The notes below the pieces were generated by a model. It ran no database searches. It was not told the origin of the DNA and worked only from the letters and a program-made list of their open reading frames with translations. Below, one piece after another: positions 49,517 through 59,284 of a stretch of DNA of 64,000 nt (its first letter is position 1; each line of letters begins with the position of its first letter). The stretch lies in sequence record KT895374.1; one strand, 5' to 3'. A program made the translations under genes and the position numbers.

Positions 49517-49544
49517 AGTTAGCAAGAGATTATGGGGGATAAAT

Positions 49545-51084
49545 ATGATTATTACACCAACTGATAAGCAATCAAAAGCTATTAAGGATATTATTGCTTG
49601 GTATACAGGTAATGAATTTAATGGAAAAGATCCAAATAGAATTTTTACATTAAGTGGTTTAGCAGGATCGGGTAAAAGTTCCGTAGTTAAATTATTTATT
49701 GAGGAATTAGGATTAACAAATAATGAAGTTGCCTTTGCTGCTTATACGGGAATGGCAGCTAATGTTTTATTACAAAAAGGTAATACAGGTGCTACAACCA
49801 TTCATAAATTAATTTATGATACAGTACCGATAAAGAATGAGGAAACAGGAGAAATAGAAAAGTTTATACATCAATTAAAAGAAGAATTAGATAGAAAAGA
49901 AATTAAGTTAATAGTTATTGATGAAGTTTCAATGGTAAATGAGTCAATGTTGGAACAACTTAAAACCTTTGGTGTTAAAATTATTGCTATTGGTGATCCT
50001 GGTTTATAATAAAAGTTGGCTTGGATCTAAAAATACTTCTTTAATTGCTGGAAACTCCTTAGAACCTATTAAACTAAAACGTGATTGGTAACAATGAGCG
50101 TGAAAGTTAAAAATTAGTAGGATTGGACAATCAGCCGCTAAGTTCCTTTAATAAGGAGAAAGTTCAGAGACTATCAAAAACCTTTAGGTGAGTAGAGTAC
50201 ACTGTAAGCGTTGACAGTGGAAACAAGAAGCATCTTTAAAAGATGAAGATATAGTCCATTCTTATAGGAAACTATAAGCAGTTCATAAGAGAACGATATA
50301 AGTAGTAGCGCACTTATATGAATAAAATATGCAACTTCCACCAGTAAGTGGAGGTAATACACTTCTTAGAAATCCTGATGTATTCTTAGATGAAATACTA
50401 AGACAGGCATTAGATAATGAAATTATAAGACTATCTATGAAAGCTAGAAATGGAGAATATATTAATTTTGGAAGATATGGAAATGATGTAGTAGTAATTA
50501 GAAATAATCAGATTGAACCTGAAATGTTTATGTCAGCTGATCAGATCATTGCAGGAAGAAATGCAACAATTTCTGCATTAAATACTTATCATAGAAAGAA
50601 ACATCTAGGAATTAATGATCCTATGCCTATTGTTGGAGATAAAATTATTTGTCTAGATAATAATTGGAATTATGTATTAACAGAGGGGAATATTGAGATT
50701 TCCTTAGTAAATGGATCTATTGGAACAATTGAAGAAATGAGTAATCTACAGAGAGCTAGACTATACAACTTTACTTTTAAACCAAACTTTATGAAAGAGA
50801 AAGCATTTCATGATGTACATGTGGATAAAATTCCATTTATGCATGAAACTCTTCAGCAATCAATTAAACCAAAAGAACTTTATATTTATAGAAAGAAATT
50901 TATTGATGGAAATGGTATTAATAAATTCAATTATGGTTATGCTATAACATGCCATAAAAGTCAAGGATCAGAGTTTAATAACGTTTTACTTTTTAATGAA
51001 GTAATTAATAAGAGAATGCATCCTAGATGGTTGTATACAGCAATTACTAGAGCTAAAGAGAAATTAATTATTGTAAATGTATAG
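49545..51084 (+). CDS. RecD/Dda-like SF1B helicase, spliced (exons 49545..50003 and 50332..51084, 403 aa)
   Basis: GLAGSGKS, AAYTGMAA, VIDEVSMV, GDPG|QLPPV restored by splicing, YAITCHKSQGSEF, YTAITRAK. Confidence 0.9.
50004..50331 (+). ncRNA. group I intron (IA2-like), ORF-less, 328 nt
   Basis: Exon ends in U, intron ends in G; P AATTGCTGGAAA, Q AATCAGC, R TCAGAGACTA, S AAGATATAGTCC; P1 with a U-G pair; P10 AAGTTG/CAACTT. Confidence 0.92.
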
Positions 51085-51089
51085 CAATA

Positions 51090-51120
51090 TAACCAAACCT
51101 TATAATATAAGGTTTGGTTA
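51090..51120. terminator. bidirectional terminator between convergent genes
   Basis: TAACCAAACCTTATA-a-TATAAGGTTTGGTTA. Confidence 0.8.
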
Positions 51121-51128
51121 TTTAAATA

Positions 51129-51782
51129 TTATTTAGAAAATACATGTCCGCCAATGCGATTGACTACTGTTAAGGACGCTTGCCAATGATTAGTTGCAAT
51201 TTTTGGATTATAAAAATATAAGGCATCAGTACCTTGACCCCTAGTATTTAGTGCCTGATCCGTAGCACGATATGATTCAGCTGTTGCAGATCTATTAATT
51301 GCACCATTAGTTACAGGAGAAAATTGCCCTCTTTGATAAATAACTCCTGTAATAGTATTGGGGAATTTTGGACTATCAACTCGATTTAATACAACTTTAG
51401 CTACCGCTACTTTTCCAGCATATGGTTCATTCTCAGCTTCAGCTCTAACAAGTTTAGCCAATAGTTCTCTTTCATTTTGAGCTACTGATGTATTTTTACT
51501 TTGAGACTTATATTCAGAAACTGATTGTTTTTTAACTTTTGAAACTTCTTTTTTTGTATATTGGGGAACTTTACCTTCTGGAATTTTAATTTTTTGATTG
51601 ACTAGGATAAGATCATCCCATTTATTGTTTTCTTTTCTAAGATCACTTAACGTAATATTATAAGTTCTACTAATACCCCAAAGAGTATCACCTTTTTTAA
51701 CATTATATAACGTTTCTGCTTGAGCAGATAATACAGGAACGCTTAGAAGAAATAATAATGTCAGCATTAAAACCTTTTTCAT
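51129..51782 (-). CDS. SleB/Hydrolase_2-type cell-wall hydrolase with signal peptide and LysM domain
   Basis: Signal peptide ending AQA; LysM YNVKKGDTLWGIS; LLAKLVRAEAENEPYAGKVAVAKVVLNRV...QFSPV. Confidence 0.88.
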   Translation of the reverse strand: MKKVLMLTLLFLLSVPVLSAQAETLYNVKKGDTLWGISRTYNITLSDLRKENNKWDDLILVNQKIKIPEGKVPQYTKKEVSKVKKQSVSEYKSQSKNTSVAQNERELLAKLVRAEAENEPYAGKVAVAKVVLNRVDSPKFPNTITGVIYQRGQFSPVTNGAINRSATAESYRATDQALNTRGQGTDALYFYNPKIATNHWQASLTVVNRIGGHVFSK

Positions 51783-51906
51783 ATTTCATTCATCCTTTCC
51801 TATTTATGATAGTATGTTTAATTTGACATATGTAAAAAGACCTATTTTTTCTTTTATTTAATAAATTCTCTTGTTTAATATAAAAATTTAGGAGGTACAT
51901 AGAAAA

Positions 51907-52077
51907 ATGTCATTTGAGATTGAGAAAATTATAGATACTGATTTATTTAAAATGGAACATGAAGAAATTAAAGTATCAAATAATAAACCTTTTTTAACTA
52001 AAAAAGAAAAAATATATTATAAATATGGATTAACCAAAAAAGGAAAGAGTAAAAAAAGAAAAAGAAAGGATAAATAG
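51907..52077 (+). CDS. small basic protein (56 aa), not in the ORF track
   Basis: AGGAGG RBS; MSFEIEKII...KKRKRKDK; abuts the next start. Confidence 0.6.
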   Translation: MSFEIEKIIDTDLFKMEHEEIKVSNNKPFLTKKEKIYYKYGLTKKGKSKKRKRKDK

Positions 52078-52896
52078 ATGAATACTTATGTCGTACCTAA
52101 TAAAATTGATTTTAAATTAATAGAAGAATATCCAAATTATATTGATTGGAGATATATTCTGGATACTAAAATGGATCAAGAGACATTTGATAGATTGTTA
52201 GACGATCATTTTACTAAACTAAAATTTAGTAACTTTGGGGCATTTACTAATACTGATTTATTGGTAAAAGAAAAAAATATACGCAAAATTATTAAAAAAA
52301 TATTAGATGAAAATAATTATAATAGATATTCAATGAGGTCTCTTATACTAAATATTGTTAAATACATCAGTATAGGTGACTTTATTCTTATCTTATCTCA
52401 TGGAAATTTGTTAGAAAATAAAAAAATTTATGAAATTTTATTCTCTGATATAATAAATAAATACAATGATATAAATTCTCTAAAAGCATTCTATTCCTTA
52501 ACTGAAAAATTACCTTACTTTTTACCTGTTAGAAATGGATGGGAAAATTTAATTAATCTTAATAATCGGGTAAATGAAGATGGTTATAATTACAACATTG
52601 ATGAAATATTGCTTAAAAATTCAGAAAAAATAGACTGGAATTATCTACTTCAATGTTATCGGCTAGATTTTTTCAAAAATGAAGAGATTTTATCATCCAT
52701 TCTAAAAAATAATGAATCAGGAAAAAAATATATTTGTAAAAATTATAAACTAACTAAGAAATTCATAATTAAGAATATAAATTATATAGATTTTATTTGT
52801 TTGAAAGATAATAAAAGGTTAGGCATTAAATGGTCTGAAGAAATGGAAAATGAGTATCAAAAACAGAAGGTAAGAGAAGAATTAAATAACCTGTAG
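52078..52896 (+). CDS. Trp-repeat-related protein (divergent)
   Basis: YIDWRYIL, KIDWNYLL, YKLTKKFIIKN. Confidence 0.65.
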   Translation: MNTYVVPNKIDFKLIEEYPNYIDWRYILDTKMDQETFDRLLDDHFTKLKFSNFGAFTNTDLLVKEKNIRKIIKKILDENNYNRYSMRSLILNIVKYISIGDFILILSHGNLLENKKIYEILFSDIINKYNDINSLKAFYSLTEKLPYFLPVRNGWENLINLNNRVNEDGYNYNIDEILLKNSEKIDWNYLLQCYRLDFFKNEEILSSILKNNESGKKYICKNYKLTKKFIIKNINYIDFICLKDNKRLGIKWSEEMENEYQKQKVREELNNL

Positions 52897-52909
52897 ATAG
52901 GGGAAGAAT

Positions 52910-53647
52910 ATGGAATTTCAAAAATTTTTAACTATTGATAAAATTAATTTAGAGTTTATAAAAAATAATGAAAAATATATTAAATGGGAAGAAATTATTT
53001 TACTGCAAATAGAACAAGATGCGCTCTATTATATTCTTAAAAATTATCAAAAAGAATTAAATCTATTTTCATATGCATATTATGGTAATAGTTATGATAA
53101 AAAGAATATAGACCATATTTTAAGTTTATTAAAAGATAATGATATGAAAATAAATCTCCTTTCAGGATTAATAAGTAAGAAAGGATTTACAAGAGATAAT
53201 ATAATAGATAGAGAATTTTTCATGAAATATAAAGATTTATTCTTTCAAACAAAATATATGAATTCATTTTTTAGTGGCAGTAGCAGGATTGATATCCAAT
53301 TTATTGAAGAAATTTATTCTTATATGACTGAAGAATATTGGGATTTCTTATCGTTTAATCCAAATATCGATAGAGAGTTTATAACATATTTCTCAAAGAA
53401 TCTTAATTGGAAATTTCTTTTAAAAAATCAAATAAAGAGTTTATTTAATGAAAAATTTATTGAAGAAAATTGTAAAAATTTTGGACCAAAAGAATGGAAA
53501 TATATATCAAGACACTTTAAGTTAACTAAACGATTTGTAGTAAAACATATAAAAGATCTATCAATGAGTGATTTAAAAGACAATGGATTAATAAAATTTG
53601 ATTGGACTAAAGAAATGAGAGCAAAATATAAATTAGAGGTGCTATAA
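52910..53647 (+). CDS. Trp-repeat-related protein (divergent)
   Basis: YWDFLSFNPNIDREFI, EWKYISRHFKLTKRFV; tail MRAKYKLEVL. Confidence 0.7.
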   Translation: MEFQKFLTIDKINLEFIKNNEKYIKWEEIILLQIEQDALYYILKNYQKELNLFSYAYYGNSYDKKNIDHILSLLKDNDMKINLLSGLISKKGFTRDNIIDREFFMKYKDLFFQTKYMNSFFSGSSRIDIQFIEEIYSYMTEEYWDFLSFNPNIDREFITYFSKNLNWKFLLKNQIKSLFNEKFIEENCKNFGPKEWKYISRHFKLTKRFVVKHIKDLSMSDLKDNGLIKFDWTKEMRAKYKLEVL

Positions 53648-54601
53648 TTGTCTAAAAAAAATTATTCTAATATTATAAGAATAGAAAAACATGAAATTGA
53701 TGAAGAGTTTATTCAAGACAATTATGATAGAATAAACTGGTGGTATCTTTCACAATCAGATATAAATTTTGATATATGTAAGCAATTTAAAGGTAAAATT
53801 AATTGGTCGGTGTATTTTGATCTTAATCGAAAATGGGTAAATGTTGAAAATGTAATAGAAGTTCAAAAATATATTGATTGGGAAGAATTTACTAGATCTT
53901 TTATTTATAATATAGATGATAAAATGATTCTTAAATTTAGAGATAAACTAGATATAAATTATTTGGTTGAAAAAAGGGAATTGAATACAAAATTAATTAA
54001 TGAAATTCAGGAATATGTTGATTGGAAAAAAATAGATAGTTTTGAAAAATTTAAAAATCTAAAATTAAGCACTATCGAAAAATATATAGCTCCTAACTAT
54101 TCAGAAGATGATTTTTTCTGGACTGAATTATGTTTGACTTATAAATTAACAGAAAAATTTATTAATAAACATATAAAAAAATTTAATATTGAAGATCTAA
54201 TGTTGAAACAAAATTTAGGGAAAAAATTTATTAAAGAAAATTTGGAAGAAATTAAAAAACATCCAGATTTTATACCATACTTATTTATAAACAATAAAAA
54301 ATTAGATTATGAAGTAATTCAATTGTTTGATATCATTGAAGAAAATCCTGAATCTTTTGTGAATACTTGTTTTTATAATATGCATTATGAACTACCATCA
54401 GAATTATTTATTAATAACCCTGAAGTTGTTAATGATATTTATGACCTTAAGAGTTTTTATACAAAATATAAATTTGATATGGACTCCCTTCATGCCATTA
54501 AAAAGGATATTGACAAAGAAAATTCAAAGTTATTATTTCAAAATAAATATATAAAAGGAGATAAGAACTTAAAAGCCTTCATTGATCTAAATTTATTATA
54601 G
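53648..54601 (+). CDS. Trp-repeat-related protein (divergent)
   Basis: INWWYLS, INWSVYF, IDWEEF, FWTELCLTYKLTEKFI; tail LKAFIDLNLL. Confidence 0.7.
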   Translation: MSKKNYSNIIRIEKHEIDEEFIQDNYDRINWWYLSQSDINFDICKQFKGKINWSVYFDLNRKWVNVENVIEVQKYIDWEEFTRSFIYNIDDKMILKFRDKLDINYLVEKRELNTKLINEIQEYVDWKKIDSFEKFKNLKLSTIEKYIAPNYSEDDFFWTELCLTYKLTEKFINKHIKKFNIEDLMLKQNLGKKFIKENLEEIKKHPDFIPYLFINNKKLDYEVIQLFDIIEENPESFVNTCFYNMHYELPSELFINNPEVVNDIYDLKSFYTKYKFDMDSLHAIKKDIDKENSKLLFQNKYIKGDKNLKAFIDLNLL

Positions 54602-54644
54602 AATCCAAAACAATAGATTAGATCTTATAAGAGGAGGAAAAAAG

Positions 54645-54893
54645 ATGGAAGCACCAACAATTAATAAAATTTTAAAACCTGCTGTAGAAGAAAAAACTTT
54701 ACATCATATTTCAACAACATCACTAAAATGTTTTTATTTTAGTCGAATGAATGATATTGTATTTGATGATGAACATGAAGTTCTTAAATGGAGAAGTATT
54801 GATGATGGAATGAATTATTATGCTGATTATACAGATATTAATATGATTGTATGTAAAGATACTCCAGACCAAGAAATTCCACGTTACTATTAA
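54645..54893 (+). CDS. hypothetical protein (82 aa) in its own transcription unit
   Basis: AACA-N6-TA at 54609..54620, GAGGAGG RBS, terminator at 54899..54937. Confidence 0.7.
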   Translation: MEAPTINKILKPAVEEKTLHHISTTSLKCFYFSRMNDIVFDDEHEVLKWRSIDDGMNYYADYTDINMIVCKDTPDQEIPRYY

Positions 54894-54898
54894 AATAG

Positions 54899-54937
54899 AG
54901 AATATATATCCAATTAAGATAAGTGGATATATATTCT
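54899..54937 (+). terminator. intrinsic terminator
   Basis: AGAATATATATCCA-N11-TGGATATATATTCT then TTTT. Confidence 0.75.
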
Positions 54938-54980
54938 TTTTAATTTAAATTAAATAATAAGGGAAGAGGGTTGTTTTTAA

Positions 54981-55271
54981 ATGGAAGTATTAGAAAAATA
55001 TAGAACTAAAGATTACATAATTAGTAAACTAGATCACACTATTTCAGATTCTGAAGGGATAGAAAAGAAATTAATATTTATTCTAGTAGGAATCGCTGAA
55101 AAAATTTTAGTATTAGAAAATAAAGATAAAAACACAGAAAATGTTGAAATTAACTTTTATACAAACGATCAGAACGATTTAACCGAGGTAAAAGATTCTA
55201 GCTTAATTGAAAAAGGTATGGAATTATTATCTGAATACGATACAAGATTTAATTTAGGGATTATGAACTAA
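54981..55271 (+). CDS. hypothetical protein (96 aa)
   Basis: GAGGG RBS. Confidence 0.65.
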   Translation: MEVLEKYRTKDYIISKLDHTISDSEGIEKKLIFILVGIAEKILVLENKDKNTENVEINFYTNDQNDLTEVKDSSLIEKGMELLSEYDTRFNLGIMN

Positions 55272-55570
55272 TGGATAATTTAAAAATAGAAAGTAATATA
55301 AGATTAAATACCAAGAAAAAATATTTCATTTTAGAAACTTGGACAATCTATATTCCTAGTGCAAATGGTGGAGTTAGACATAGACCAACAAGATTATTAA
55401 TAAATAAAGCTTTTTATAGAAGAAAATCAGCTGAGAAATATATTAGGAAAATTATAAAAAAGAGTAATGTATCAATTGCGGAATATGAGATCTTTAAAAG
55501 AAACAAAGACGAAACTATTTTAAAATTTTTTAATAATGTTAAAACAAAAATTTTATTAAAATACTTATAA
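55271..55570 (+). CDS. hypothetical basic protein (99 aa)
   Basis: Coupled to the upstream stop. Confidence 0.65.
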   Translation: MDNLKIESNIRLNTKKKYFILETWTIYIPSANGGVRHRPTRLLINKAFYRRKSAEKYIRKIIKKSNVSIAEYEIFKRNKDETILKFFNNVKTKILLKYL

Positions 55571-55616
55571 ACTTATATTATAGATATGATCTATCATAAT
55601 TAAGGAGGAAATTATA

Positions 55617-56084
55617 GTGAAAGAGAATGATATAGTAGTTTATGAAAATTTTAATAAGCTTTCAAAAAACATTAGGAAGAGAGTGATTTTTAGTTTTAAA
55701 GTTGAAGATGAAAATGTTATAAAAAAAGTAAAAGATTTTGCTGAAAATAAGATTGTCAATTATAATGCATTAGATAAATTTATTGAATCTAGTTCAATAA
55801 CTGAGGATCAACTTAGAATTAACTATTGTGGTTTACCGATGTCAATTGATAACAAAAAAGTTAGGAAGGAACTCTTCACCTTTATAGAAAAAGTATTTGA
55901 TAAAGTATACTATGAAAGATCTGGTAGGGAAATTCAAATCTTTGATCCTAAAAAACAACTTCTAATAATGAGATTTAAATTAGATAATGTTATACCTCTT
56001 AAAAATGAAGAATCTATTGCTAAAATTATAACTGATATCTTTTGGAAAGAACAAGCAGAGATGATTATAAAGATGCAACGATAA
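55617..56084 (+). CDS. hypothetical protein (155 aa)
   Basis: AAGGAGG RBS; promoter motif at 55574..55581. Confidence 0.7.
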   Translation: MKENDIVVYENFNKLSKNIRKRVIFSFKVEDENVIKKVKDFAENKIVNYNALDKFIESSSITEDQLRINYCGLPMSIDNKKVRKELFTFIEKVFDKVYYERSGREIQIFDPKKQLLIMRFKLDNVIPLKNEESIAKIITDIFWKEQAEMIIKMQR

Positions 56085-56109
56085 AAATAAAGAAGGGTAT
56101 GATTCTTTT

Positions 56110-56625
56110 ATGAAAAATCTAAGTAGGGAAGAAACATCAGTAAAAGTAAGAGAAATTATCAAGGAAAAACCTGAATATTCAGTTGAAAGAATTGCTGGAG
56201 AATTAGAACGTAGTACTGATTATGTTCGGAGTGTTATGAAAGAATATGGTATTGAAAAGAAAAAACATGTAAAAAGAAATGATAAAATTGATGAAATTGA
56301 AAGATTAGTTAATAAATTTCCAAGAATTACTATCAAGGAAATTGCTATTAGGCTTAATGTAAGTACTGTTACTGTTGGAAAGATCATGCGAGAAAATAAT
56401 ATAATGACTCAGACTCAAATCATTAAAAAGACTAAAAGAGAAGATATTGAAAAACTAATTAATGAAAATCCACATTGGACGTTGTTACATCTATCTCAAA
56501 AACTTAATATTTCAAAAGATCATTTAAGTTTCTTAATTAAAAAATATAAAATTGTATATAACAAGAAGAGAAGTAACATTACAATCCCAGTAAGTAAAAA
56601 TTTATCTCAAGGAGTTATAAATTAA
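56110..56625 (+). CDS. protein with three tandem HTH-like repeats
   Basis: PEYSVERIAGELERS, PRITIKEIAIRLNVSTVTV, PHWTLLHLSQKLNIS. Confidence 0.7.
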   Translation: MKNLSREETSVKVREIIKEKPEYSVERIAGELERSTDYVRSVMKEYGIEKKKHVKRNDKIDEIERLVNKFPRITIKEIAIRLNVSTVTVGKIMRENNIMTQTQIIKKTKREDIEKLINENPHWTLLHLSQKLNISKDHLSFLIKKYKIVYNKKRSNITIPVSKNLSQGVIN

Positions 56626-59219
56626 TGGTTGCTAAAAAACAAATGGAATATAATGAGGATTCAATTGTAGTATTAGAAGGACTAGAAGGCATTAGAACCA
56701 GATTTGATATGTATGTAGGTGGTAAGGATACAGCTTCCTTCCATCTAGTCAAAGAAGTGGTAGATAACTCCATTGATGAAGTATTGAATGATTTTGCTAC
56801 AAAAATTAATGTGGAGTATATTGAGAAAGATAATAAAATTATTATTGAAGATGATGGTCGAGGTTTACCAGTAGAAAAACATAAAAAATTAAAGAAACCT
56901 ACAATTGAGATTTTATTTACAGAAATCCATTCAGGTGGTAAGTTCGATAAAAATTCTTTCAAAGTATCTGGTGGGAAAAATGGCGTTGGTGTAAAGGCTA
57001 CAAATGCCTTATCTGAGTCATTAATTGTTGAATCATTCTATAAAGGACATCATTATAAAATTGAATTCTCTAGAGGTAAAGTTGTAAAACCATTAGAAAA
57101 GCTAGGTACTACAAAAAAATCAGGGACTAAAGTAACATTTATTCCAGATAGCACAATTTTTGGAGATTATGCTAAATTAGACCCTAATATCTTAAAAGAA
57201 GAATTGGATAAAAGAACTTATATCAATGCTGGTTTAACAATTAACTTCAAATATGGTAAGGAAAAATTAAAATTTTATCATGAAAATGGAATTAAAGATT
57301 ACTTAACAGCTCTTAATGATGATCCTCTATCAGATATTATTGAGTTTAAATTTGACGATAAAGATCTAAATAACTACCATGTTGTATTTAATTATGCTAA
57401 TAAAGATGAAGAACATATTAAGTCATTTGTTAATGGTATTGCAACAAGCAAAGGTACTCATGAGACAGGTTTTAAAACTGGTTTAACAACAGCTATCTTA
57501 GAGTATATTAGATCAAATAATCTATTGAACAAGAAAAATGAAAAGTTAGAGATTAAAGGGGAAGATATTAGGTCTGGTTTATTTACTATTATCAACCTAA
57601 AACATACTCTACCAGAATTTAAGAGTCAAACAAAAGATGAATTAAGTAATACTGATGTTATTGGAGTTATGAAAGTAAAAACACATGAAAGTACTTTAGA
57701 TTGGTTAAATAAAAATCCTGAATCAGCTAAAAAAATTTGTAACAGAATTATTGCGTTTGCTATTGGAAGAAAAGAAGCTAATGCGATTAAAGATAAAATT
57801 ATTAAAGTGAATAGTGGATCTTCAGGTTTATCTTTTATGGCTTCATTCTATGATTGTGACAATCGTGACATTAATGAAAATGAAATTATTGTTATTGAGG
57901 GAAAATCCGCTTCAGGAAATGTTCGTAATGCTAGGGATGCTAATATTCAAGCAGTATTTCCATTAAGAGGTAAACCGCTTAATTCTTATAATTCAAACCA
58001 TGCTAAAATTTTACAAAATAAAGAATATAAAGAGTTAATCAAAGTAATGTTTGGTAGTACTGATTTAAAGAATATTAATTATGAAACACTTAGGTATGGT
58101 AAATTAGTAATACTAAGTGATGCAGATGATGACGGTGAAATGATTGCCGTCAATAAATCTTTCTAACTGCTGGAATATCTTTAGAGTCTATTAAACTACA
58201 ACGTAATTGGTAACAATAAGCGTGATAGTTAAAAATTAATAGGATTAGATGATCAGCATCTAAGTTTCTCTTTCTAGAGAAAAAAGTTCAACGACTATCT
58301 TTTATAGAGTACAGTACAAGTGTACTGGAAAAGGAAGATACCTTTGATAAGGTAAAGATATAGTCTCATCTTATAGGATAACTATAAGCAGTTCATAAGA
58401 GAACGCATTAAAGAGTAACGTCTTTAATGGAAGATAATGTATCATATTGCCGCTTTATTATTAAGTTTTATTCATAGAAACTTTATAAAACTTATTGAAG
58501 ATGGTAGAATCTATATTGCAATGTCACCTCTTTATCGTATTAATAAAAATGGAAAATATATTTATTTTAAAAATGATAAAGAGTATGATAAATATCTAGT
58601 TAAAGAAATCTCTGAAACGTATGATTTAAAGGATATTAAAATGAAAGATTTTATCCAAAATGGTAAAAAATTCGTTCAAAAATTTGATCAAGTAAGATAT
58701 AAATACAATATTGATAGTTCAGTTTTAAATATCTTAGAAAATCATTACAAAGTAACTGGAACTGTGACAAGTGATGATGCATTTGAGGAATTAAAAGAAA
58801 AAGAATTAGAAATTACTAAGGAATCTAACTATTATCAAGTATCAGGACTAGTAGGAAATTCATGGCATAATTTCAAAATTGACTCTGATTTCTTAAAAGA
58901 TATTGACAGTTTATCAAAAACATATGCATTGGATATTGTTGACATTATCAATAAAAAAGATAAATCAACTGTTAATGATATGTATATTTACGATGCTTAT
59001 CATAAACTGTCAAGTTCTGTTAAATTTGAGAGAAAACGTTTTAAAGGAATTGGAGAAGCTAATGCAGATGAATTATTCGATACAACATTAGATCCTAAGA
59101 AACGTGATATTTTACAAGTTCAATTAAACGATTTTGATAAATCTGGAAATCTAAATGAATTATTCTTTGACAAAAATAAAGCTAACTTAAGAAAAGAATT
59201 TATTTTGGAAAATTTATAA
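56625..59219 (+). CDS. gyrB: type IIA topoisomerase B subunit (GyrB-like), spliced (exons 56625..58136 and 58440..59219, 763 aa)
   Basis: EVVDNSIDE, DDGRGLP, HSGGKF, GGKNGVGVKATNALS, EGKSA, PLRGKP, DADDDG|YHI restored by splicing, RFKGIGE. Confidence 0.9.
58137..58439 (+). ncRNA. group I intron (IA2-like), ORF-less, 303 nt
   Basis: Exon ends in U, intron ends in G; P AACTGCTGGAA, Q GATCAGCA, R TCAACGACTA, S AAGATATAGTCT; P1 UGACGGU/GCCGUCA with a U-G pair; P10 AUGAU/AUCAU. Confidence 0.92.
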
Positions 59220-59224
59220 AATAT

Positions 59225-59259
59225 AAAAGTAACTACTCTAATATAGAGTAGTTACTTTT
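59225..59259. terminator. 16-bp inverted repeat terminator
   Basis: AAAAGTAACTACTCTA-ata-TAGAGTAGTTACTTTT. Confidence 0.8.
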
Positions 59260-59284
59260 ATTTAAATAAGAATGGAGTTAGTAG

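Noticed and set aside
49545-59219. Pseudogene, stop-codon recoding, frameshift or intein explanation for the split helicase and gyrB
   Set aside because: The intervening sequences have complete group I cores and their removal restores catalytic motifs in frame. All three stop codons end genes normally elsewhere, so there is no sign of an alternative genetic code.
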